A DNA stretch of 64,000 nucleotides from Callorhinchus milii. Its lineage: Eukaryota. Positions 37,640-51,483 of this stretch are shown piece after piece. The notes under the pieces were generated by a model, which saw only the letters and a list, made by a program, of their open reading frames with translations, was not told where the DNA came from and did no database searches. Within the stretch, counting starts at the first letter, position 1; each line of letters opens with the position of its first letter. Location: NCBI RefSeq assembly GCF_018977255.1, contig NW_024704742.1, forward strand, positions 125,242,001 to 125,306,000, written 5' to 3'. The position numbers were made by a program, and so were the translations under genes.

Positions 37640-39600
37640 GAAAAGTAGCCACTGGTAAGATAATGCAAGGACAATGAAATCCGCAGGGGAACTTGTGTCA
37701 AATCTCCAGTGAGAACGAGCATCAGGCAAATTATGTCTGTTCGCTAGAAACGAGTTAAGGAATAATAGCTTTTTCTGTGAATTGGCAAAGCAATCTGCAA
37801 GTGGCACCCTTCAGATTCAATGGTTCCCATGCCCTGATAAACAAACAGAGTCTGGTGCATCTTGGCTATTTATCAGGCACTGTTTTGGCTACTAAAAAAT
37901 GTCACAAAAGACTTGTGGCACCATGAAGCCCACTTGTGTTATTCCAGAGAGAGAAGTTTTGTCATGTGATACACTGAGAGAAAAGTACAGATACTGCCTC
38001 GCTGGCCGTCAATCTTGTCAGCAGCATCATCAGCTTCAGGCTCTTTTACTTTAAACATTCAGGGCTTGTGGAAGTGGATCTTAATTCAGAGCGAGCTGGA
38101 TGTGTGGAGACAATCTTTTTATTTCCCTGCTGGTTTATTAGGCAGATTGTGTGGTGTAGAGGCCACGAGGTCAGACACAGCAGAGGATTTGCTTGCTCTC
38201 TTTGTGTGGTATTTATAGCAAGATCTGGTTAACGTCAATCCCCACTTTATTGTTTTTTTCTTGAAACTTGTGAATTTTACCTTCACCTCGGATAATAAAC
38301 CTGTGCTTACCAAAGAAAAAATCCATGCCTTGCCGTAACCTTACTAGTTAAAAATGTGACCTGCACTCTACCTGATATTGAACTTAAAATGATTTTTGCT
38401 TTGGAGAGTGCAATTTATTTTCTTACGTTTTTCAAAATCTCCGAGGTCTCAGTGTTTTATGTTATTCAAAGTTTAAATCAAACAGTGCGAAAACGATTTA
38501 TATACTGACATTTGTAAAGCATGTTTTAATGAAGCCATTTCTCCGATTCTTTAAAGTACTTATAAACAAGAAGTGCTTCATAGGAAGAGGTCCTCAAACA
38601 CATTTCAGCTTTTGCAGACCAGACTCACTCCTTTTAAACAACTGATAGAAAGTTATGTTTCCTCACACAGTAATTAGATGCATCTTTTTCAAAAAAAATC
38701 CCAATACCACGAACTAGCATTCACTCCAAGCTAAATAAAAGGAATTTAAACAAGAACCTGACATAAACAGTATGTTTGCGTCAGGGAGGAGGGGGTGGGA
38801 ACAAAAGATTATTTTTGTGTTTTTCTGTGTAGTCTAAAAGCATCTGATTACAAACAAGACCACAAGGACTGAGGAATGTTTTCCATGGGGGAATCTAAAA
38901 CCTCTTTGGTGAACGGCCCTTTCTACTCAAACCATCGCGAAGAAATACAATTCACCTAAATTAGAACTAAACCTAACAGAAGTCTGCAGCACCTTTACTG
39001 CCCTCAGATCTGTTATGATTAAAGCTCTAGAATGCTATTTTTTTAGAAGATACTTTTGATGCCTTCATAACACCTATGCTGCACACGTAAAAATAATCCA
39101 ACCACATCAAGTGTGTGCTGAAGGTTTTAATGAGCACCCATCTTGTCTTAAAGAGCTGTGTGGAGGAGGGGAAATGCAGATCCAATAGATAAATAGACCT
39201 CAGGGTGTTTTAGGGTGTGCTTTACACTGGTGGCAGTTTAGTAAATCTCTTCAGCCATTCGGAGATTGCAGCAGACAATTTGTGAAGTGAGAGTTTAAAG
39301 GATATGAGAGACACAGTGAGGGGATACACTATTTCTGGATTACACCACTCCATGGGCTGCTTTTGCAAAAGCTTTAAGTTGCAAATTTTAAATTTGAAAG
39401 CTTGCTGGAAATGTATTGCCATCAAAAGGAATTTTAATGCCATAACATGCTTTCCTGTGAATGGCTTCCCATTTGGGAATAGCGTAGATTGTTTTTACAT
39501 ACCGGTGAAGGTAGGAGAGAGTGCAGGGTAATAAAAAGTACAAAGAGTGCACATGACGCCAGCGATGAACACATTTATACCACGTACTACATAAGACAGG
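37640..39600. promoter_or_regulatory. Candidate CNE block
   Basis: About 2 kb of non-coding sequence without recognisable repeats. Confidence 0.35.
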
Positions 39601-40582
39601 CTGACCTATTCCCTCTTATTTGCCGGTGACCTGTACTCAACATTGGCCTACGAATACACAGTCACCACACTTTACTGAAACTTTGTGAAGTTCTTTAAGA
39701 TTTTCTTGACATTAAAGATGCTACATCAAATAGAATACTATTAGTAACAACATCTTAACGAGTGTTATATTTAGACAACATAAAAGATTTGAAAAGCTTT
39801 TAATATTCTTGAACCATCCTTGGCAAGCTCCAGCTGATCCAGAACTCCCCATTCCATATGCACTCCCAACCAAGCTCCCCATGAGCTTCCCCCCATCCTT
39901 GCAAGATTCCACTGGGTCCTGTCTACCAGCAGATTAACTTCAAGTCAGTCTCTGCAATCTCCTCTAGCCCCATTCTCCTGCTCACTTCTACAGGTCCCTT
40001 GCCCCCCCACCCATTATCAGAGACTGAGCTTTCAGTTGCTTTGTTGACACTCTCTGGAACTCTCTCCCTAATCGCTCCATGTTGCTTCTTCTCCCCCTGT
40101 CTAACCCTTCCACAAAGCTACCTCTTCAACCATAATTTTACTAACTTTACACAACACCTCCTGCTTCTTCCCACCTTCCTCAGTGTCCCACATCAACAGC
40201 AACAACAACAACTTGCACTTATATAGCACCCTCCACACAGGGTAGCATCTCAGAGTGCTTGAATCATCCATATCATCCATGTAAACCTCTTTGAGACATC
40301 TATGAGCAAACGTGCTACTGCTTTTACACACAAGTACAGAGTACCTACACTTTACAGTAAAACCTTGTGAAGTCTCAATGACATGATAAGGTGTTATATC
40401 ATATGGAAGGATTAATATTATTATATAGGAAGTTGCCAATCAACCATGGAATTGCACCCCTTCAACAGGAAATGGGAAGTTTTGCCCCAAAAATACAAAG
40501 TCAATCTACTTTACAATATATTCTGTGAAGCGCTTTGAGACATCTCAAGGATATGATATCACCTGCAAGTATTATTATTATT

Positions 40583-40920
40583 AACAACAACAACTTGCAC
40601 TTATAGAGTGCCCTCCATGCAGGGTAGTGCCTCAGAGAGCTTAACAGTGTCACAGCCTGACTCCGAGCCGGGGTGGGGGAGGTGGCCGTAAACACGGTCG
40701 AAGAGGAAGGTTTTCAGGTGGGACTTGAAAAAGGGTAGAGGGGGCAAATTGAGGGAGAGTGTTCCAGAGTTTCAGGACATAGTGGATGAAAGCGCAACCT
40801 CTGATGGTGGGGCAGAGAGAGCGAGGGCTGAGCAGGAGGCCGGTGTTAGTTGAGCGGAGGCGCTGGGTGGAGGATTGGGGAGTGAGGAGGTTGGAGTGGT
40901 AGGGTAGTGCCAGAGAGTGG
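40583..40920 (-). mobile_element. L2 3' fragment with a second tail subtype. Related copies at about 20474-20800(-) and 61067-61238(-)
   Basis: Purine-rich plus strand matching the L2 3' end; tail of the form CTCTGAG..CTACCCTGCATGGAGGGC.CT.TATAAGTGCAAGTTGTTG. Confidence 0.75.
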
Positions 40921-41196
40921 ATTACTGGCTAACAATTCCCCAAATAAAATTGGCCATTCGTTCAATGCCTGGGTGTTTGCCAGACATTGCTGTGCGCTTA
41001 TTAGCAAGTTGGCTGCAGAGATTGCCTACAAAATACACAATCACTAGAATTTACAGTAAAACCGATCAGGTACTTTGAGAAATCCTTTCAACGCAAAAGC
41101 CATTATACCAAATGCAAAGATTATTAATATAATTATTATCATTTTATTTTTTCACATATTCACATCCTGTCACAGTTGGACACCATGCTCTCCATC

Positions 41197-41492
41197 TTGA
41201 TGAAAATTGCAATATGTGGTGTGTTATCACCAGTGATAATTACCACATTGTTGATAAATTCAGCCAAGGCCAATCGATAACCAGACTGAGAGTAGGTATG
41301 ATCCCACCCGCTGAGTTTATCAGAATGGTTGGGCCTAAAGTTGACTCACGGTCCCAATTGGCATCCTGTGGATTTATTTGTTGAGTCAAGGTATCTCTGT
41401 AGCCAGCAGTCTAACTGTGATCTGAATGCCAGTAAGTTCAAAAGCCACCATATGATAATCACCACATAACACGTCACGAATTTCACCCCCTA
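41197..41492. mobile_element. Related MITE-like element
   Basis: Left TGAAAATTGCAATATGTGGTGTGTTATCACC; right end ...ACGAATTTCACCCCCTA; internal hairpin at 41210-41252. Confidence 0.45.
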
Positions 41493-41494
41493 TT

Positions 41495-42279
41495 CCTCCA
41501 CATCTCAGGCACTGACAGTGACACCATCCATGGTTGTACACTCCACCTTACTAAGTCCAGAACCTTGATGTCTTGTTTGACCCTCAACTATCCTTTCTAT
41601 CCCACATTCGTGCCATGACCCACTCTACCTTCCCCCACCTTAGCGACATCACGCGTCTCCGCCACTGTCTCATACCGCAGGCCGCCGAAACCATCAAAAA
41701 TGCATTCATAACATCCAGGCTTGACTATGCAAACTTCCTGCTTGTCGGCCTCCCCAACACCTCTCTCCATAGGCTACAGATCATCCAGAACTATGCAGCC
41801 CATTTCCTCTCCCACACCAAGCTCCGTGACTCTATCACCCCCTCCCTCACCTGACTCCACTGGCTTCCCATTACAGAGGATACAGTTCAAGATCGTGATC
41901 CTCATCTTCAAAGCCCTTCATGGTCTTGCTCCCCCTTCCTCTGCGACCTCCTAAACCCTACCAACCTGCCGCACCTTCCGCTTAGCAGGCTCCGGGCTGC
42001 TTCATGCTCCCTCACCTCATCCACTTCACTATCAGAGGGCGGGCCTGCAGCCACTCCGACCCTACCCGCTGGAACTCTATCCCGCAGTCCCTCTGACTCA
42101 CCCCCTCCCTTGCCTCCTTCAAGACCCATCTCAAGACCGTGCTTTCGATTACCCTCCTTCCCCTCCACCATTCCCAATCCCGACCTCCAGCTTGCGTCAG
42201 AACCACTGACAGTCCAGCGCCTTGGGATGTCCTCCTGACATGAAAGGCACTATACAAATGTAATTATGTTGTTGTTGTT
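41495..42279 (+). mobile_element. L2 LINE 3' fragment
   Basis: FDPQLSF...AFITSRLDYANFLLVGLP...LQIIQN; tail ends in (GTT)n. Confidence 0.92.
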
Positions 42280-43499
42280 TCAGAACCTTTCCCAGTATCC
42301 TACAATTTCTCTTACACCTGCTGTCCACTGAGCAAGATTTTGCCTTATTCTCCCAGAACGCTCCAGATTAATATCTTGATAATTGATGCACAAATGTTCA
42401 TATGTGCTAGTTAATTGTTGAAGGTTGAATGTTGTTTGGATGTGGATGTTGTTTACTTGCAATAATTGGCTTTTGTTTGTCATTATTTATTACTCCTTTA
42501 CCCTCACAAAACTCTATAAATAAGCAAAGAAAAGGACTTGTTAAATTTGATACTGTGCCCAACAAATTTATGGTTTGCTTGGTTTAGCGATGTTATGTCA
42601 AGTGTAAACAACTGATGAGAATCAAGATCTCAACTTGTATATTCAGGAGATATCCATCACTATGTCTCTGCATATAAAATTCAATCCACAATTGGGCTCC
42701 ACAACACAAATTTAACGCTAAGCACTAGATTCAGGTCATTTGTCTAGACTCCAATAATGTGTATTATACATTTTCATATTTATTGTTTTCTGCTTATACC
42801 ATACTAAGGAGAGAAATCTAATATTAAAATTAATATCCTTTGCTTTTGTTATCATTTTGAAATGTACACCTTTTTAACCATTACACACATGAAATGCTTT
42901 CCATGTGTTTTTATGAGGTGACTTTCAACTCCCTCCAGAAAACATATGGGCAAATCATCTTGCAAATATCCTCTGTGCAGATCCAGGCAAATGCAAAATA
43001 CAAAGCATTTTACAAAAGATAATTGATAAGAAACAAAGTGAATGTTGTTATGTAGGCCTGTTTCATAATGTTATAGTAAGTCCTGTTAGTTTTGGACCCA
43101 GTTTGAATAGATAACTACATGGCTCAATGAAATTAACAAAATTTAAATGTGCTCCTACTGCTAAGATCTTTCTCTAATTACGGAGCATTCAGTGGTAAAA
43201 TATATTCAAATTCATCTTTTCCTGAGTGTGTGAATCTCTCTGTTTTCTCCCCAGTCCTGCAGGGTCTCACCTGTAGCTGAGAAGGTGGTTAGCCGATCTC
43301 CTCTCAGATATCCATCAAAGTGACTACAGTATTAAGCTGGCTCATCTCCAGAAGTCATGCAACAGTTGACTCGCTTAATGCTGCAAGCTTCTCTTCCCTC
43401 CCCCCTTGTCAGTGGAGAGGTGCCTGGCCTTTCCTTGGCATTGAGACTGAGATTGGCAGTTCAGTGGCATAAGGTTCAAATTCATGAAGACTCACTCTT

Positions 43500-45130
43500 A
43501 TAGTCGCGGATTCATGTGCACTGCATTACACTATCTACGTACTGGCAATCTTGTCATATTAATAGTGTCATTGCATCGCAAAGCTTAAAAAAAGGCTCTC
43601 ATTAGCTGAGCAATAAGTTATTAAAATACAATTTTTATGGAAATTGGCCTGAGATGGCTCCAGCAAGTGTAAAGGAAAATATTCCTGGTTCTAGCAGCTG
43701 AATAAATTATGTAAATGAGAGACTATTGAATCACAAAGATGTATTCAACAGACGTGTACACTCTTTCTCTCCCCCACCTGAGCAGTAGAAATGAATACTG
43801 TATCTTGTTTTCTCTCAGGTCGCTCCTGAGTAAGATGTTTTTTTTCATAGGCTGCTGAGAGATGATTTATTTCCTTCCCAAAGATCTCAACATTCTTCAT
43901 TGAATTTCCAGCTTCCGTGCCCTTTTCCAGTTCGCCCTGCTTCATGGGCAAATTAAATGTTTGAGCCAAATGCAATTAACCTTAAAAATACCCAATTATT
44001 TCTAATTACTAAGGCACAATTGAAATATTTTAATGTGGTTTCAAGAACAGATCTCAGTAAGGTGCATTGCAGGGCACACACACTGATGGACACTGAGACA
44101 GTAAGGGGCTGGTAAGTTACTGTGAGCTCCTTCAAGCTTTCTATCTACTTCATTCGCAGGATCAGAATCCTGTAATTCCTTATCATGGCCAGCTGCCTGT
44201 GAGCATCATTAACAGCACAAAGTGCCTGAACTCTATTAGAGCAGACTATTGAGAGCAAGAACATTAGTGCATGGCTGTCCTCGCTGACTAAATACCAGAA
44301 CAACTGATTAAGGTGTACCCTTGTTTAATTTTTTACAAGAGCTATCTGCCTTGGACATCAGCCATGGAAAGAAAAAAGGTAGAATGGGGCCTTTCCACTG
44401 CTTTGGTTACAACCCTAATTTAATTCACAGACTCTGTGGTGGAGTCATAAATGCACAACTTTAAAGGCATTTATTATTAAGGTGCAGACAATCACCACTT
44501 TGATGACTGTTTAGACAGCAACTATTTTACACCTAATGTGGGGTATGAAATCGAATCGAGACTTCCTTGTATTTGAACACAATTAAGTGCATACGGCGGC
44601 TAAAATATTTTGGCTGTACTGCACAGGCGGAAAAAAACCTAGATTAAGATTTTCTACTGGTTTGATCAAATTAAAGATGTCAGCCTTTGTTCGCAAATGA
44701 ACATTTTTCTTTCATCTGCTGTGAATTGCCACAAAAAAAAGTTTGTGATTCTATTACAACCTGTATCTGATAAGAAAACACAGGGAGCCAGAGGTAGAAG
44801 GAGGAGGGGAATAACAAATAAGTGTGTGTCTTAATAGAATTGTCCACCTCAACATTGTCTTTTCAGTGGTGTAAGCAATAGGGAAAATCCTTTTGGGGAT
44901 GAAAGTTTATTTGAAGTCAGGATTCTGCAGCAGCCTTTTCACAGTAAATTGACCTTGTTTAGCCAAAGCAATGTCATAATGCTCTGTTTTATCTAGACAA
45001 CAGAGAGAGAAAATCGCAAATTACTTCTGCATGATTAGCCCTGCCACTTCAAACATGTCTCTTCCAAGCTGGTTTTCCCACACAGGCTGCTGGAGATACA
45101 TGCCACTGGGAAACCTTAATCCATCATGAA
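43500..45130. promoter_or_regulatory. Candidate CNE block
   Basis: No recognisable repeats; many TAAT/ATTA sites. Confidence 0.35.
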
Positions 45131-45282
45131 CGCAACTAACTCTTTAACCCTTTAATTGTGAGTGTTGTGTGGATCTATTATTTGGTAATGGGATTGACTC
45201 ATGCTCCAATGGTTAAGGTAAACCCATGTTTCCCCCTCCCCCGTACACACAAAAGCACACACACAAATACAACTCTGAGCGG

Positions 45283-45927
45283 TTGCTTTGGGATAAGGTA
45301 AAATATTCCTCACCATAAGAGTAGCAACTTTGACTGTTTGCATTTGTAATAGAAAACATGGAGGTTTTTTGGGGGTGGTTGCAGAAGATTGCAAGCAGGG
45401 TGTTACATTTGATGGTTAATACTGTACATTTGATGGTTAACGGGATAACTTTCAATTGCAATCTTTCTTTCACCTCCACCCCCCTTTCCAAAACCCCATC
45501 ACCGGTGGCAAACTTGGATGCTAACTTACTTCCTAGCTATTTTCCTACCTTGCTCCCCTCTCTCATTCTTAAACATGTTCCTTGCTTATTTTTAATCCCT
45601 CTGTCCTTGCAGTCCTGTCTCCCTCTCTTTTTTCCTCCTATTTTTATTGAAGCTCCCTTATGGGAGCAGAGTGGCACTAAACATAGGCTGGAGTCCCCAC
45701 TAACAGTGTGCTCTAAACACTGAACATACTTACCACCCATACAAAGCAACTAAGGTTATTTTAAAACAACACCAGAATTTATGTTTGAACAAAATGTGTG
45801 TTGGAAAGGGAATAAATGGCAGAAAATGTGTCGCTCATAATTCAGTTTTGCTTAGGGATAAGGTGAAAAATTCCCCTTCAGCACTAAAGATAGTGACTTT
45901 GACTGTTTGCATTTAAAATAGGAATAT
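45283..45927 (+). repeat. About 78-bp diverged direct repeats (45283-45358, 45848-45927)
   Basis: TTGCTT.GGGATAAGGT.AAA.ATTCC...ACTTTGACTGTTTGCATTT..AATAG.AA.AT occurs twice. Confidence 0.8.
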
Positions 45928-46896
45928 CTCATTCAAAGTACACATTATGGAAAGCTCCAACAACAACAGCAACTTGCATTTATATAGCACCCTTCATGCC
46001 AGATGGTGACTTGGAGCGCTAAGCTACACTTAGTGACAAGAAGGATCTCTCCTCTGCCCCCTTTCCCTCTGTAGATAAATGCCAAGTCAAACAGAGTGAT
46101 CACTTGCATTTCACTCACGTCAACAATGTTCATGTGGTACTGTGCACATAAACACCCCTTCCTGACACACATCTCTCCATTAGTTTTAGATGTACTTTTC
46201 AGGGCTGAACTGTGCCAGTTTTATAGGTGAAAATAGTAACCTGTTTTGTGGTGCTATCAGACATGGCACAACAATCCCTTTGTCATCTGTACTCAACAGA
46301 TGCCTTTTATCATTGCTGGTAAATCCTCCCTCATGTTATTTTTATATTTGAATGCAAACATTTTTTCTAATGTTCATATAACTGGGAACATTCCAACTCC
46401 TTTTACAAACAGGATTTTCTTTAATCCGCTGTAATATTTTTAATGACATCCTACTGGGTATACAGCACCTTTTCCTGTTGGTGATTAAGTTAGTGTACAA
46501 ACTATTGTGTAACCTCTTGATATTAAAATTGGACTTTTTGGGCTCGGCACATACCTTCAATTATACTTCAGCACTTCAACTGCTTATAGAAGCTGGGGAG
46601 TGTGTCTGGGTAGAGCAGTGCATTGAGACAACTTCCTTTACCTTTGGGTCCTGGATTCCGATCCAAACCAAACCAAAGAAATGAATGTTTTGTTTTCCTG
46701 CCAGCCCCATGTAAAGAATGTGAATCAGATGTTGGGGTATACAACTAAAGAGGTAACATGTAAGTCAAAACAGGTGATTTTAAATGATGTTTGCCGTTTG
46801 TGAGATCACATCTGGATACTCCATACAGGTTTGTTTTCCTTATTTCAAAACAAATTGTTAGTGGGAACGCAGTGCTAGATTAATTCAGTCCATTGT

Positions 46897-47351
46897 GTCA
46901 GCTTGTCTTAGTTGGTAGTACTCTTGCCTCTAAATCAAAGGTTGTTGGTTCAAACCCCACACTGGGACTTGAACTCACATAGTCTACTCACATAGACACT
47001 CCTATGCAACAGTGGGGCTATGTTGCATTGTCAGAGGTGCCACACTTTGGATGAGGTGTTAAACTGAGGTCCCTGTACAGTTGGAAGTTAAAGATCCCAT
47101 GGCACAACTCGAAAAGAGTGTCTTCACCAGCAATCCCCAAATAAGACTGTCATTCCTTTCATGGTTGTGGGACATTGTTGTGCGCATTAAGGCTGCTGTT
47201 ACCTACAAACACACAGTCACTCCACTTCACAATAAATCCTGTGACACATCACAGTAAATCCTGTGACACATCACAGTAAATCCTATGAAGCACTTTAAGA
47301 CATCCTTCTGACGTGAAATTCATGACGCTAAGTACAAGGATTACTATTATT
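46897..47351 (+). mobile_element. DeuSINE-like SINE with an internal 22-bp tandem repeat
   Basis: AAATCCTGTGACACATCACAGT repeated about 2.5 times at 47234-47288. Confidence 0.82.
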
Positions 47352-48264
47352 CCAGAATTTAGGAGCTATGTGAAAAGGATAAATCTCTCTTGTGTTCTTG
47401 TTATTTTGCATTTTATAGCCCCTTATTAGGTCAAAATGTCTTAAAGCTTTTCACAAGTCACTCATCAAATGTAATGACTATTTTTCTGGACAAATACAAT
47501 AATCATTTCATCCATTAAAATCCCTCAAACTACAATGAAATCAGGAAGCATTCTTCACCCAGAGGGTTGTGAAGATGTAGAAATGTTTGCTCCAGAAAGC
47601 TATAGGAAGCAGAATCAATGGGGATAATTAAAAATTAGACAGACATTTGTGAAGGAGAGGTATTAAGGGGTATTGGGATTCAAAAATCTGCCAAGGTCTA
47701 ATAAACTGGTGGGACAGGCTCGATGGGTTCCAAAATATACAGTCACTGTAAATCCTGTGAAGCATTTGAGACGTTTCAACGACGTGATAAGCCACTGTAT
47801 CAAATGGATTATTATTATATTATGACTTGAAGCAAATTTCTTTATCGTTTCTTCTTCTACATTTGTATATTTGTCACTTTGTGTTCTCTAGTACTCTAAA
47901 CACAGACATCTCCACGATCACTGCCAACGCTGCTCTGAGATTGGTTGCAGATGAGATAGATGATGGATTACCTTCTCTCTGGGGTGGAATGTTTCATTTC
48001 AATATGCCACCCTGTCATGGAGCACTGAGAAGAAATTAGGTGAAATTTCACCTAACTGAGGCAAGGAAGGTTACATTTCAGGCAGCCCTAGGACTTAATC
48101 TTCATGGTAGAAACCAAGTGTATCTCCTTGTGCAATGAGGTTACACAAGACCCAAAGAAAACATTTTATGATCCAAGTAATTTGATCAAATTCAGGAACA
48201 TTGTGAAGCTGCAGCATGTAACAATATCAGTGGAATCTGTGTAGGACTAGTGCAGAACTTCAGC

Positions 48265-48498
48265 TTTCCTTACTCCACACGCCTAATAATAATCCCTCCA
48301 AAACCAAAAACAATAATAAAAAAAATTGGTCATTTTCAATCTACGACTGTTTGTGGGACATTGCTGTGTGCAATCGGCTGCCGCGTTCACCCACAAATAT
48401 ACAGTTAATTCATTTTACAGTGTGTTCTGTGAAGCGCTTTGGGACGTCCTCCCGACTTGAAAAGCGCTATATCAAATGCAAGGATTATTATTATTATT
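48265..48498 (+). mobile_element. Young SINE, 5'-truncated
   Basis: Begins at TTTCCTTACTCCACAC and runs through the full tail. Confidence 0.92.
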
Positions 48499-51169
48499 TT
48501 AAATCTCAGATACATTTGCGTAAAGCATTATTGTATTTCAGACGCCACAGTGGCAACATTGAATAAAGTAATTTGTGATCGTATTTTCACAAAGACTTGA
48601 GTTTAATCTATAGATATTTTCTTTCATGCAAAATTCCTTGTCAATTTCAGAACACTAAATGTGTAAGAGCCATTTTTGTTTTTCTTTCTTTCATTCAAAA
48701 AAGATGTTTTGAGATTGTTTGAGCATAAAATCATGATACTGCCAAGAATGTTAGCTTGAAAAAGTATATCATATCTTATAATAAATAATTGTTGCATTTG
48801 TTTTAGCATTTTATTATGTAATTTTTGTGGGATATCGCTGTGTGTGTTTGCCTTCTAAGATATACTCCTTACACTTCACAGTAAATCCTATGAAATGCTT
48901 TGAGACATTTTGTATGATAATAATTCTTGCATATGATATAGCACACTTTATGCCTTCGAAGCATATCAAGCACTTCACAAGATTTGCTATAATGTGTAGA
49001 GACTGCATAGTTTGTAGGCAAACATGGCAGCCAATTTGCATGCAACATTGTCTCACAAGCAGCCATGAAGTGAATGACTAATTTCATCTGGGGGAATGTT
49101 GGTCAGGAAACAGGGAGAATCTCCCTTTGATGCTCTGGTGAAGACTGTTTGCAAAGTTACTTTTCCCATTCAGAATTAGCAAAATTATGTGTGCAAAATT
49201 ATCAGGAGGATGCAGTGATTGATTATAGGTAAAAGGTCAATTTATATGTGGCAACTTTCCTGATTAGAAAGTGATAAAAAAGAAATATTTAATCAAAAGG
49301 ATTATTAGGATTGTTTTGTTTTTAGCCTTTTTCATATCATTTTCAGGTGGCACTGCCCAGTTCGGATGCCCAGCCAGCTGTGTAAACCACTTTGAGATGC
49401 CCTACATAAATGTAAATATTATTGTATTAAAATGTTTCTCGTAGCTCACTCCTCATTACTTTACATCTCAGAATGAACATAGTCAATCCACTTTATAGTA
49501 TATTCTGTGAAGCACTTTGAGATGTCTCAACGACATAATAAGGCACTATATCAAATGCAAGGATTATTATTATTATTATCTCAAGGGTGTAAGTCACAGT
49601 ATCCTAATTTAGAAAATTGCTCTCTGGCTGAACTCTCATAGAAACAGTGGGAGGTCATTCAGCCTAACAAACTTGCTCTGCTTAGAACTAAGACAACCAA
49701 AAAAGAATTATTCACTTCCATCTGGTCAAATTTGGAATTTTAAACAAAACTCTTCTCTCACTTTTCATTTTGCAATGAAGAATGATGTTAATTATCTTGG
49801 CCAGTCTTTCATGCACCGTGATCTAAATGCAGATATGTCATTGTTGCCCTCTTCTGATCTCATCTGAACACATCAATGACCCTTTGAAAAATAGCATCTA
49901 AAAATTAACTTGTCAACTTTCCAATCTTTTATTCCTGAAACCTCTATTGGTGGATACAGTAATAACAGAATGTAACCTTCATAGTATAACACAACAACTG
50001 ATCTTAGAAACAAACCATTTAGCGCTGTAAAAAGAGCTAACAGCATTCTTCCAGCTTGTTCTGTTCCTTCGTGCTAAACTCAATAATCTTATTGTATGTT
50101 GCAGGCACAAATATATGCCACACTTGGTTCTTTGTATATTGAAGAGAATGCAATCAGTTGTGCCGCTTATGTATTACACTGCACACTGTATCTGTATCTG
50201 ATACCGTATCTAACAACAATCATTATTAATCAATGGATGAGTGCTGTGTAAGCACATTTACTTTGTTCTATGTATCATTTTATTTTAAACTATGAGGACA
50301 TTGGTTCGAAGATGAAAACCAGATGAAAGGTAGAAGTGAGTTTCCTACCAAATTACTTGCCTAAAAAGGTTCCCAGTAAATACACAGAGTACAATTAACT
50401 TGGGCACAACAATTTGCTGTCTGAGCATGTCGAACAAGAACAACATGATACGAAAATTATACACCAGGAAATGTATTGTTAGCTTTCCCCAGGACTAGGA
50501 TCCTTTGGATACCCTATTTAAAGTTGTCTACCCTAGGAAATAATGAAGGTTGTTCTAGTCAGTCAGCTTAATTGTAACTTGAGTAGGTAACAATTCAGCT
50601 GCCTCTAAATTGTGCTGTGTGTGTGTTTTGTTTATTCCAAATCATTCCAGCAACATTGTGAGCAGACTGAAATTAACTGAGATTGCTTTCTCACACCTGT
50701 GAAAAAAGGTTACGTGTATTTTTCCAAATTATTTTCAGCCCACCAACAAAAGTGAAATTATCTGAAAAAATATGTAATTGAATAGAAAAGGCAGGCAATG
50801 CTAGGCAGTATCAAAACAGGAAGACTTGTGACAGTGAAGACAACCAGGTACAATATTACATGTCAGTCCTGCTCATTGGTTGCATTCTCAACTCAGACGG
50901 AAATGGATTCAAGCACCTTGTTTAAGATCATAGACTAGCCTATAAGGTGTTTTGTATATTTAAGATAATGTTATCAGTTGTGGCGCTTATGTATTATACT
51001 GCTTTAAGGTGTCATCCTTTCGATGAGATGTTAAACTGGGATCCTATTTGTTTGCTTAGGTGGCCATTACAACAACTTGCATTTGTCCAGCGCCTTGAGA
51101 CGTCCTCCCGACATGAAAGGCGCTATACAAATGTAGTTTTGTTTTTGTTCTATGGGAAGTTCTCCCAAC

Positions 51170-51483
51170 AGTCCTGTAGCTCAGTGGTTAGAGCACTCGC
51201 TTTGCAAGCGAGAGACCTGAGTTCAATTCCAGGCAGAGGGCGAAACCTTGGGCAAATTTCCTTACTCCACATGCCTAATAATAATCCCTCCAAAAAAACA
51301 AAACAATAATAAATTGGTCATTTTCAATCTACGACTGTTTGTGGGACACTGCTGTGCACAATTGGCTGCCGCGTTCGCCCACAAATATGCAGTCAATTCA
51401 CTTTACAGTATATTCTGTGAAGCGCTTTGGGACGTCTAGATGACATGAAAAGCGCTATATCAAATGCAAGAATGATTATAATA
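51170..51483 (+). mobile_element. Young tRNA-Ala SINE inserted in an L2 tail stem-loop
   Basis: Flanks rejoin as TGGGAAGTTCTCCCAAC|ATGAAAGACGCTATACAAATG; AACA occurs on both sides. Confidence 0.93.

Noticed and set aside
37271..37648. Recurrent ORFs ending in KCKDYYYY (also 18039, 48351) as a protein family
   Set aside because: These are translations of the SINE and its (ATT)n tail.
43235..43330. Possible exon (plus-strand polypyrimidine/AG; minus-strand CAG|GTGAG)
   Set aside because: No matching partner splice site with a convincing open frame and no recognisable protein. Cannot be excluded without RNA-seq.
46590..46700. LF-SINE-like head
   Set aside because: Only a vague tRNA-like resemblance; too short to assign.
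47234..47288. CRISPR-like or regulatory repeat array
   Set aside because: Spacerless 22-bp slippage duplication in a SINE tail, in a eukaryotic context. The 18-bp duplication at about 13761-13797 is the same kind of event.
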